Positions 1 to 7,863 of a DNA stretch of 64,000 bases are shown one piece after another. The notes beneath the pieces were generated by a model, which worked only from the letters and a program-made list of their open reading frames with translations, did not search any database and had not been told where the DNA came from. Position 1 is the first letter of the stretch. Every line of letters begins with the position of its first letter. This DNA is from Chloroflexota bacterium. Its GTDB lineage: Bacteria > Chloroflexota > Dehalococcoidia > GIF9 > UBA5629. A program made the translations under genes and the position numbers. The stretch is taken from the NCBI GenBank assembly GCA_016865855.1, contig VGNX01000005.1, positions 165 through 64,164 on the forward strand, written 5' to 3'.

Positions 1-72
1 CATATTGACAAGCCTTTTGATGCCGAGCAGCTAAGCAGAGAGGTGCGGCGCGCTTTAACCGTAGTACGGTAG
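1..72 (+). CDS. C-terminal fragment of a response-regulator receiver-domain protein (truncated by window edge)
   Basis: Frame 1 reads HIDKPFDAEQLSREVRRALTVVR*; the KPF motif followed by an amphipathic helix is the typical end of a receiver domain. Confidence 0.65.
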   Translation, partial: HIDKPFDAEQLSREVRRALTVVR

Positions 73-147
73 GAGGCCACATCCCGCGGCACAGCAGACT
101 GCCTTGCTCAACTTGTAAAGCATTTAACCCCATTGGACCAAGTCACA

Positions 148-167
148 AGTTATAACTAGTTATAACT
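148..167. promoter_or_regulatory. 20-bp perfect palindrome (AGTTATAACT x2), candidate operator
   Basis: AGTTATAACTAGTTATAACT lies ~70 bp upstream of the -35 box of the first GT4 gene. Confidence 0.4.
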
Positions 168-236
168 GCCTACAGTGAACGAAAGCCTGTATTGTTACTC
201 AGCAACAGAGTTGTCCTCTCACCAAATATCTTCACA

Positions 237-265
237 TTGATAAACGGGGCAGGCAAAGGTAAAAT
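237..265 (+). promoter_or_regulatory. sigma70-type promoter of GT4 gene 1
   Basis: TTGATA-17 bp-TAAAAT; the same architecture recurs upstream of the paralog at 1631-1659. Confidence 0.6.
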
Positions 266-322
266 GTTGTCTGCCTCTTAGTATTCAATGCTGAGTGATT
301 TAACAAAGGGATGGCGAGTTGA

Positions 323-1573
323 ATGCGTGTCTGCTTGATTAGCTACCGAAGCTATCGCTATTCCGGCGGACAGGGTATTTACCTTCGCTACCTGAGCCGT
401 TCCCTCCGTGACCTCGGTCACGAGGTTGATGTGGTATCAGGGCCACCATATCCGGATTTGGACGACGGGATAAGGCTGATTAAATTGCCGAGCCTCGACC
501 TGTATTCAATGTCATCCGTCCAGCGATTATTCATAGATCCACGTAAATTGAATACGTTCCCCAGTTTGGCCGAATGGCTCGGTACCATAAGCGGTTACTT
601 TTCAGAACCCCTGGCCTTTGGCATGCGAGCGTATGATTTAATACGTAATAGTGAAAACAACAAATACGACATTGTTCATGACAATCAAACCCTCGCATAT
701 GGTGTACTCAAGATCCAGGAACTCGGGTACCCGGTCGTTGAGACTATTCATCATCCTGTAACCATTGACCGTGATTTAGCCGTTAAGTCAGCAACATCCT
801 TGAAAGATAAGCTGGGGCTGAGAAGGTGGTTTTCCTTTATCAACATGCAAATTAAAGTCGCTCGCAAGCTTCCCCATATCATTACAGTTTCTCAGACTGC
901 CAGCCGACACATCACTGATACTTTCGGAATATCTGAAGACAAACTGCGGGTGATATACAATGGGATTGACACCGATATTTTCAGCCCTTCTCCTAAGGTG
1001 AACCGCCTAGGAAACAGGCTCCTGGTAGTAATAAGCAGAGACACGGCTGTTAAAGGGCTGAGATACATGCTGGAAGCATTGGCAATATTGCGGCAGAAGC
1101 ACAATCTTGAACTAATAGTGGTGGCAAAAGAAACAGATAATATCACAACACAGAAACTTATTAGTAATCTTGGTATAAGAGATTATGTAAAGTTTATTGA
1201 TGAGATAGATACTGATGAACTTGTAAACCAGTACAGGTTAGCTAGCGTTGTAGTCATTCCATCAATATACGAGGGTTTCGGCTTACCCGCTGCTGAGGCC
1301 ATGGCTTGCGGAGTTCCAGTAGTCTCCACAACTGCCGGGGCTTTGCCTGAGGTAGTAGGAGATGCCGGAATACTGGTGCCTTCTGCTGACACAAAGGCTT
1401 TAGCAGAAGCGATTTCGGCACTTGTGGTTAGCCCGAATAAACGTAACCATCTCAGCAGAATTGGGCGCAAAAGGATCGTGCAAATGTTTAACTGGCGAAA
1501 TACAGCCCAGCGCACTGTCGATGTCTACGCTGAGGCAATCGAATGCCAGAAATACTCAAATCGCACTGGATAG
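323..1573 (+). CDS. GT4 glycosyltransferase, ManT-like (MMP alpha-1,4-mannosyltransferase family), copy 1
   Basis: SYRS..SGGQGIY.RYLSR.L..LGH N-terminus, VHDNQ.L, TIHHP.T.D and the GT4 PS.YEGFGLPAAEAM motif; resembles mycobacterial ManT. Confidence 0.85.
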   Translation: MRVCLISYRSYRYSGGQGIYLRYLSRSLRDLGHEVDVVSGPPYPDLDDGIRLIKLPSLDLYSMSSVQRLFIDPRKLNTFPSLAEWLGTISGYFSEPLAFGMRAYDLIRNSENNKYDIVHDNQTLAYGVLKIQELGYPVVETIHHPVTIDRDLAVKSATSLKDKLGLRRWFSFINMQIKVARKLPHIITVSQTASRHITDTFGISEDKLRVIYNGIDTDIFSPSPKVNRLGNRLLVVISRDTAVKGLRYMLEALAILRQKHNLELIVVAKETDNITTQKLISNLGIRDYVKFIDEIDTDELVNQYRLASVVVIPSIYEGFGLPAAEAMACGVPVVSTTAGALPEVVGDAGILVPSADTKALAEAISALVVSPNKRNHLSRIGRKRIVQMFNWRNTAQRTVDVYAEAIECQKYSNRTG

Positions 1574-1630
1574 TTATGCTTATTTGAATCCCTAAAAAAA
1601 TTTTTCGCCCGCTATTTCCTACTAAACCTA

Positions 1631-1659
1631 TTGATATATCTATTAAACAAAGGTAAAAT
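1631..1659 (+). promoter_or_regulatory. sigma70-type promoter of GT4 gene 2
   Basis: TTGATA-17 bp-TAAAAT, with CAAAGG before the -10 box as in the copy at 237-265. Confidence 0.6.
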
Positions 1660-1716
1660 GGTTCGGGGCTTTTGTGCTTTTTGGTCTAAGTACCTGACGT
1701 TTGGGCGGATTATCAA

Positions 1717-2967
1717 GTGCGTATATGTTTGCTTAGTTATAGATGCTATCGCTATTCCGGCGGGCAAGGTATTTATATCCGCTACTTAAGCCGTTCCCTT
1801 CGCGAGCTCGGCCACGATGTTGAAGTAATATCAGGACCGCCATATCCAGAGCTGGATAATGGGATAAAGCTCATTAAGCTGCCCAGCCTCGATCTATACT
1901 CTCTGCCGGAAAGGCAACGCTTCCTTATAAATCCTCGAAAAGTGAATTCGCTGCCCAATTTCATTGAATGGCTCGGCGTCTGTTGTGGGTTTCTCACCGA
2001 GCCATTGACTTTCGGCATGCGCGCCTACAGTTTCCTGCACAGCAATAATCGGTATAAAAAATATGATGTTATTCACGACAATCAAAGTCTGTCATACAGC
2101 ATCCTGAAAATAAAGGAGCTCGGTATCCCCGTGGTAACAACCATTCATCATCCTATTACCATCGATCGAGACTTAGCCATCAAAGCAGCTAGGTCATTAT
2201 GGCAAGAAATGGGCATCAGGAGATGGTATTCGTTCGCCAATATGCAACTTAACGTTGCCAAGAAGCTTTCACATTTTATTACCGGTTCACAGAATTCCTA
2301 TCGTCAGATCATCGACATTTTCAAGTTGCCAAAAGATAGCCTCCGAGTTATTTACGATGGAGTTGATAGCTCCGTCTTCACTCGGGTTCCTGAAGTTGGA
2401 CGCTCAGAAAACCGCCTGCTCGTGATAAACAGCGGAGATACTCCTCTGAAGGGATTGAAATATTTGCTGGAAGCCGTTGCTGCTTTGCGCTCAGAACGGA
2501 AGATAGAGCTTGTGATAGTGGGAAAGCCAATGAAAAATGGCTACACGCAAGGACTGGTTGACTGTTTAGGCATTGATGATTGTGTTACCCATGTTGGGCA
2601 GATAGATACAGCCGAGCTTGTTAACCAATATTCGCTGGCCACAATGGTAGTTGTGCCATCCGTTTACGAAGGCTTTGGGCTACCGGCTGCTGAAGCTATG
2701 TGCTGTAGCACTCCCGTAATTTCAACGACCGCTGGAGCTCTACCTGAGATTGTCGGCGATGCCGGCATACTGGTATCTCCAGCCGATACCAGAGCGCTGG
2801 TCGAGGCAATTGCCGGCCTGCTGGATAATCCGGACAGGCGTAGGCACCTCGGTGAAATAGGACGTAGACGAGTAATGGACATGTTTAACTGGAAAAACAC
2901 CGCTAAAGAAACAGCCGACGTCTACAGGGAAGCTATCGAGTACCAAAATGATTTTGAAGCACGATGA
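1717..2967 (+). CDS. GT4 glycosyltransferase, ManT-like, copy 2 (tandem paralog)
   Basis: Same length (416 aa) and same motifs as 323..1573; GTG start. Confidence 0.85.
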   Translation: MRICLLSYRCYRYSGGQGIYIRYLSRSLRELGHDVEVISGPPYPELDNGIKLIKLPSLDLYSLPERQRFLINPRKVNSLPNFIEWLGVCCGFLTEPLTFGMRAYSFLHSNNRYKKYDVIHDNQSLSYSILKIKELGIPVVTTIHHPITIDRDLAIKAARSLWQEMGIRRWYSFANMQLNVAKKLSHFITGSQNSYRQIIDIFKLPKDSLRVIYDGVDSSVFTRVPEVGRSENRLLVINSGDTPLKGLKYLLEAVAALRSERKIELVIVGKPMKNGYTQGLVDCLGIDDCVTHVGQIDTAELVNQYSLATMVVVPSVYEGFGLPAAEAMCCSTPVISTTAGALPEIVGDAGILVSPADTRALVEAIAGLLDNPDRRRHLGEIGRRRVMDMFNWKNTAKETADVYREAIEYQNDFEAR

Positions 2968-4028
2968 GATATTTGCCTAAGGAGCGGTTCAAAATGAAAC
3001 TGAAGCTCTATGATGATTTCATCTCGAAAAAATACCTTGACCCCACAGTCAATTCCATCGTTGCCATGCAACAGACAGACGGTTCAATCCCCTGGCTTCA
3101 AGGAGGTATTACAGACCCGTGGACTCACGTTGAAAATGCTATGGCGATAGATATCGGCAATTGTCATGCCGAAGCCGAACGTGCCTATAACTGGCTCGCC
3201 GCCATTCAACTGGAGGACGGGAGCTGGTATGCTTCATACAAAGACGGACAACCACTGGATACATCCAAACTCTCACATGTCATTTCTTATATCGCAGTAG
3301 GAGTCTGGCACCATTACCTGACAACCGGTGACTCTTCTTTTCTCAAAAAAATGTGGCCCACTGTCCGGACTGCAATCGACTTTGCATTAAACATGAGAGG
3401 GCCTAACGGTGAAATCTACTGGGCTAGAGACAGTGCCGGCATTATCTACCCGAACGCATTGATAAGCAGTTGTAGTTCGACCTACTTGAGCATCAAGAGC
3501 GCGCTTTCTGTTGCTTCAGTTTTAGGGGAAGAAAGAACTGACTGGAGAGAGGCAAATGTCACTCTGGCAAAAGCAATTCAAAGAATGCCATGCCTGTTTG
3601 ATTCACCCCAAGAAAACAAATCTACATTTGCCATGGACTGGTATTATCCAGCAATGTGCTGTGTTATCAACGGTAACGAGGCAAGGCAGCGCCTGTTCAG
3701 TGGTTGGGATAAATTTGTTATCGACGGTCTGGGCTCACTCTGTAGTTTAGAACAGGAATGGGTCACCGCTGCAGAGACGAGTGAGCTAGCCATTGCCCTG
3801 GCAGTTCACGGTGAATATGAACACTCAGCTACTGTCTTCAACTGGATTCACCAGATGCGTGATGATGACGGTGCTTACTGGTATGGCATGGCACTGCCAA
3901 AGAAAGAGATCTGGCCAGAAGAAAAGCCAACATGGACATCAGCAGCAGTGGTGCTAGCAGCTGATATGCTCAGACCTATGTCTCCGACAAGCCTGCTTCT
4001 TGACCACCATGGGCAGATGACGCCGTAG
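2964..4028 (+). CDS. MmpH-like (alpha/alpha)6 glycoside hydrolase (family often annotated as prenyltransferase/squalene oxidase repeat)
   Basis: Q..DGSIPW..GG.TDPW.HVENAMA, YIAVGVWHHYL.TGD, F.MDWYYP, WVT.AET.E and TWTSAAV.LA motifs; alternative start at ATG 2994 after AAGGAG. Confidence 0.75.
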   Translation: MRYLPKERFKMKLKLYDDFISKKYLDPTVNSIVAMQQTDGSIPWLQGGITDPWTHVENAMAIDIGNCHAEAERAYNWLAAIQLEDGSWYASYKDGQPLDTSKLSHVISYIAVGVWHHYLTTGDSSFLKKMWPTVRTAIDFALNMRGPNGEIYWARDSAGIIYPNALISSCSSTYLSIKSALSVASVLGEERTDWREANVTLAKAIQRMPCLFDSPQENKSTFAMDWYYPAMCCVINGNEARQRLFSGWDKFVIDGLGSLCSLEQEWVTAAETSELAIALAVHGEYEHSATVFNWIHQMRDDDGAYWYGMALPKKEIWPEEKPTWTSAAVVLAADMLRPMSPTSLLLDHHGQMTP

Positions 4029-4637
4029 CACCCCGAGTGTATTGGTCATTGGTAATGCCTCAAATAACCCTGAGGCTAGCACTTGCTTATAGACCTCGTA
4101 AGGAGCTTGACCGCCCTTAGACGGGTCTAAAAAGATATCGTGGAAGACGAGGAACCCGCCAGGAAGCAGATGGGGATGCCAGCACTGATAATCTGCCATA
4201 ACTGTTTCATAGCTATGGCCACCATCTATGAAAACCAAGCCCAGGGGAGTAGCCCAATCTCGAGCTGCCACGTGTGATTTGGTAATCATAGGCACAACAA
4301 CTTCTTCTAACCCGGCTTTTTGTATTGTATCTCTAAAGCACGGGAAACTATCAATTAGACCGGTTCTGCTATCTAAAAGGTCAGAATCAAAGTATGTTTG
4401 CCCCGGTTGCTGCTCTTCAGAACCTCGATGGTGGTCAATAGTAAAAAGCGTTCGCCCCTGTCTCTTGCAGGCTATGCCAAGATAGACTGTGGATTTTCCG
4501 CAAAAGCTTCCAATCTCAAGACATGGCCCAAGCGCACACGCCTCTGAGGCTAATTCGAATAACCTCATCCCCTCCTCCTCATCAAGGAACCCCTTGACTT
4601 CTGAGATAAAAGACGGGATCAGCTTTTTAATTTTCAT
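3954..4637 (-). CDS. Class I SAM-dependent O-methyltransferase (Methyltransf_24), MeT1-like
   Basis: EIGSFCGKST, DHHRGSEEQQPG, FIDGGH, HDIF.DP..GGQAP motifs, as in mycobacterial MMP 1-O-methyltransferase MeT1. Confidence 0.85.
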   Translation of the reverse strand: MKIKKLIPSFISEVKGFLDEEEGMRLFELASEACALGPCLEIGSFCGKSTVYLGIACKRQGRTLFTIDHHRGSEEQQPGQTYFDSDLLDSRTGLIDSFPCFRDTIQKAGLEEVVVPMITKSHVAARDWATPLGLVFIDGGHSYETVMADYQCWHPHLLPGGFLVFHDIFLDPSKGGQAPYEVYKQVLASGLFEALPMTNTLGVLRRHLPMVVKKQACRRHRSEHISC

Positions 4638-4857
4638 TTTAGCTTTTTATTCAGTATAGCACACTTCATGCGAACCCTACTGGTGGCTGGTAATCTCAAG
4701 CATAACAGTGTCCCCCGATGTGCGGGGCAAGCACAGAGCTTAATGCTGCGGTCTCAGTTTGTGATATACTAATGCCCACCCTCTATCATCTGCCAGTAAC
4801 TGGAAATCTCACCGTGCCGTTTAAGTGCTAAATTTCAAAAGTTTCATACTTTCAGTA

Positions 4858-4886
4858 TTGACAGAACTTACAAAAGCTGGTAAAGT
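4858..4886 (+). promoter_or_regulatory. sigma70 promoter of the GbsR/MarR-exporter operon, preceded and abutted by TTTCA repeats
   Basis: TTGACA-17 bp-TAAAGT with an extended TG; TTTCA repeats at ~4833-4854 may be the autoregulatory operator. Confidence 0.5.
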
Positions 4887-4911
4887 TGATTCTGTCATGC
4901 TGGAGACAACG

Positions 4912-5445
4912 GTGGATGAAACTGAACGCCAGATAATGCTAAAACGGCTGGTTGAAGATGTGGGTATAATCTTCGAAGACATGGCCTTGCCCCGTATGGC
5001 AGGGCGCATGCTAGGGTGGCTGTTAATATGCGATCCGCCGCACCAGTCGTCTGCCGAGCTTTGCGCAGCTATCGGGGGCAGCAAGGGATCCATCAGTTCT
5101 ATGGCGCGGCTGCTTATTCAGGCTGGACTGGTGGAACGGATGGGCGTCCCGGGAGACCGTATCATCTACTACCGCATCAAGCCCGGCGCCTGGTTTGAGC
5201 TGATGAGAAATAGAATAGCCCACCTCACAGTTATGCGCCGTCTGGCTGAGAGAGGGCTGGAGCTGATGGCAGGCCTGGATGCCCAGACTAAGAACCGCCT
5301 TGAGGAAATTCATGATTTCTATGCCTTTTTCGAACAGGAAATGCCGTTGCTGCTGGAGCGCTGGCAGCGGCAACGCAACGAAGCCGGGCTAAACCGGGAA
5401 TCAACTCAAACCGAACTACAGGAGACAGGGAGTGAGCTTAAATGA
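4912..5445 (+). CDS. GbsR/MarR-family transcriptional regulator
   Basis: E.VG..FE...LPRMAGR.LGWLL.CDPP.QS..EL...G.SKGSIS winged-helix signature; start moved to GTG 4912 after GGAGA (ATG 4897 is an alternative). Confidence 0.85.
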   Translation: MDETERQIMLKRLVEDVGIIFEDMALPRMAGRMLGWLLICDPPHQSSAELCAAIGGSKGSISSMARLLIQAGLVERMGVPGDRIIYYRIKPGAWFELMRNRIAHLTVMRRLAERGLELMAGLDAQTKNRLEEIHDFYAFFEQEMPLLLERWQRQRNEAGLNRESTQTELQETGSELK

Positions 5446-7142
5446 AGAATATACTTGTCTTAGCGGTTACCATTTTGCTGGTCATCTCGACACTGGGTCT
5501 TGCCGGTTGCCGCGGTAATTCCCAGGAAAGCCCGCAGGTAGTGGAGGTGCAGCGGGGCGATATCATTATTACCGTCCCGGCTGACGGCACTCTGGACATG
5601 CCCCACGAGGTCAAGTTACGCTTTGGCACTCCAGGCACAGTGAAACAAATATTCGTTGCCAAGGGGCAAAGAGTCACAGAGGGTACACTATTAGCCAAGC
5701 TGGATGACACGACTCAAAAGCTAGCCATAGCCTCAGCCCAGTATAATGTAGAATTAGCTATGAATGAACTGGTGGAAAAGATACACCCGGCGGTAATGGG
5801 CTACCCAAAAATGTATCCTGATACCAGCACTGTCCTTCGTGTGGAACAGGCTCAAGAGGAACTAGGGCGAGCACAAAAATTCCTCGAGCAAGGCAAATAT
5901 CAAGAGGCTGCAGCTGAACTACGTCTTGCTAAGCATGACCTTGAAGCAAGTTACAAAATGTTCAATGTTCCGGAAATAGCTATGTCTTTGCAGGGATATG
6001 ATGAGTTCCTAGGTGCACCGGTCGACAACTATCCTGATATCTCTAAGGCCATCAAGCTCCTAGAACAAGACCTGGCAAGATTGGCCGAAATACAAACGCT
6101 TATTGAGCAGGGTAGCTACGAGGATGGTAAGGCTAAATTGAATACCGCCCAATACAAGTTGAATGAAACTCATCAGCTGGTCAAAAGCCTGAGTGGCAGG
6201 ATAAGAGTATCACAAAGAATCGGCGAGTGCTGTCAACAACAAGCAGGACAAAGTGCAGAGACGTCAACCGGATTGATGCCACTGCCCTACCCTGATACCT
6301 CAACTTCCCTCGCTTGGCTGAGGCAGGTTGAAGAAACTCTACAAAAGATACAAGCGTGTAAAAAGGAGGAGAGTTGTGACGCACTGGAGCTGACCACACT
6401 GCTGCGCATGGCTCAGCATGATGTGGAAATGAGCCAGACAATACTCGAGGACAATGAACTGATTTTCAGGGGCGGCCTCAACCTGAAAGCTTTGAGGACT
6501 TATAACCTCAATCTGCAAATCGCCGAAGGAGACCTGAAGCGGTATAAGGAAGAGCTCATGAAAACAGAAATCCTGGCGCCTTTCGATGGCACCGTAGTTG
6601 ATATCGGCGTGAAGGAAAATGACCAGCTTTCCTCTTTCGACTATTCGTCCAAGACCGCCGTTCACCTGGTTGACACCAGCACAGTTGAGATGGATGGGGT
6701 AGTGGATGAGATAGATATTTACAAAGTCAAAGTGGGCCAGAAAGCTATTGTAATCGTGGATGCCCTGCCCGATGTAGAGCTGAAAGGCAAGGTAACCTTC
6801 ATCTCACCTTTTGGCACAAGGGAAACCGGCGTCGTCGAGTTCCCAGTTACTATTTTCCTGGAACCCACTGAAATAGAGCTTAAAGGAGGTTTAACCGCCA
6901 CCGCTGATGTTATAGTCGAAGAACACAAAAACATCATAATGGTACCTAACAGAGCGATTAAAGGCTCTCCGGGAGACTACTGGGTGGAAGTGGTGATAGA
7001 TGAGAAGAAAGTGTCAACTGAAAAAAGACCGGTTGTCTTGGGTGCTCAGAACGACCAATTCAGCGAGGTAATCTCCGGGCTCAGTGAAGGGGAAAGGATT
7101 ATTGTCGAGGCAACCCGCAGTCGAGTGCCTACATCCTTCTGA
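5442..7142 (+). CDS. Efflux membrane-fusion/periplasmic adaptor lipoprotein (MacA/YknX-like) with a long helical insertion
   Basis: Lipobox LAGC; lipoyl halves (G.V..I.V..GQ.V..G.LL..LD and I.APFDGTV); beta-barrel VDEIDI..VKVGQ; C-terminal EVISGLSEGE. Confidence 0.85.
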   Translation: MKNILVLAVTILLVISTLGLAGCRGNSQESPQVVEVQRGDIIITVPADGTLDMPHEVKLRFGTPGTVKQIFVAKGQRVTEGTLLAKLDDTTQKLAIASAQYNVELAMNELVEKIHPAVMGYPKMYPDTSTVLRVEQAQEELGRAQKFLEQGKYQEAAAELRLAKHDLEASYKMFNVPEIAMSLQGYDEFLGAPVDNYPDISKAIKLLEQDLARLAEIQTLIEQGSYEDGKAKLNTAQYKLNETHQLVKSLSGRIRVSQRIGECCQQQAGQSAETSTGLMPLPYPDTSTSLAWLRQVEETLQKIQACKKEESCDALELTTLLRMAQHDVEMSQTILEDNELIFRGGLNLKALRTYNLNLQIAEGDLKRYKEELMKTEILAPFDGTVVDIGVKENDQLSSFDYSSKTAVHLVDTSTVEMDGVVDEIDIYKVKVGQKAIVIVDALPDVELKGKVTFISPFGTRETGVVEFPVTIFLEPTEIELKGGLTATADVIVEEHKNIIMVPNRAIKGSPGDYWVEVVIDEKKVSTEKRPVVLGAQNDQFSEVISGLSEGERIIVEATRSRVPTSF

Positions 7143-7194
7143 GAACAACCAGCGATTCAAATGATATAGCATTACTTTGCTACCTGTAACAGCA

Positions 7195-7863
7195 ATGATT
7201 GACCTGGAAAACATAGTAAAAATCTATAAGCTGGGAGACGTCGAGGTTACTGCCCTTGATGGAGTAACCTGTTGCATCGAGACAGGAGAGATGGTCTCGA
7301 TTATGGGACCATCAGGCTCAGGAAAATCTACCTTACTGAATCTCATCGGCTGTCTGGACAGACCAACTTCAGGAAGATACGAACTAGATGGCACAGACGT
7401 CAGCCGTTTAAATGATGACCAACTGGCTGAGATAAGGAATAAGAAAATAGGCTTCGTTTTTCAGTCTTTCAACCTGCTGCCACGAACCACAGCCGTAGCC
7501 AATGTAGAGTTACCGCTAGTCTATAGTGGTGCCAGTAATAAACGCCAGCGTGCTTTTGAAGCCCTAGAATCAGTGGGCATGGCCAATCGTGCCCACCACC
7601 GCCCTACTGAGATCTCCGGCGGCGAGCAGCAGCGGGTAGCTATGGCCCGAGCCTTAGTCAACAACCCATCCCTTATTCTAGGTGATGAACCCACCGGTAA
7701 TCTGGATACACAGACAAGCAAAGGCATTATGCTGCTTTTGCAGCGACTCAATAGCCAGGGTATCACTATTGTCCTCGTCACCCACGAAGAGGACATCGCT
7801 GCCTACACACGGCGCACGATTTATCTTAGAGATGGTAAAATTGTTAGTGAGAGGAAAAGATGA
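7195..7863 (+). CDS. ABC transporter ATP-binding protein (MacB/LolD type)
   Basis: Walker A GPSGSGKST, signature ISGGEQQR, Walker B ILGDEPTGNLD, VTH switch; start at ATG 7195. Confidence 0.92.
   Translation: MIDLENIVKIYKLGDVEVTALDGVTCCIETGEMVSIMGPSGSGKSTLLNLIGCLDRPTSGRYELDGTDVSRLNDDQLAEIRNKKIGFVFQSFNLLPRTTAVANVELPLVYSGASNKRQRAFEALESVGMANRAHHRPTEISGGEQQRVAMARALVNNPSLILGDEPTGNLDTQTSKGIMLLLQRLNSQGITIVLVTHEEDIAAYTRRTIYLRDGKIVSERKR

Noticed and set aside
2964-4028. Squalene-hopene cyclase or prenyltransferase call
   Set aside because: Too short, no DXDD motif; only QW-like repeats of the shared (alpha/alpha)6 fold, and the motifs and neighbours fit MmpH better
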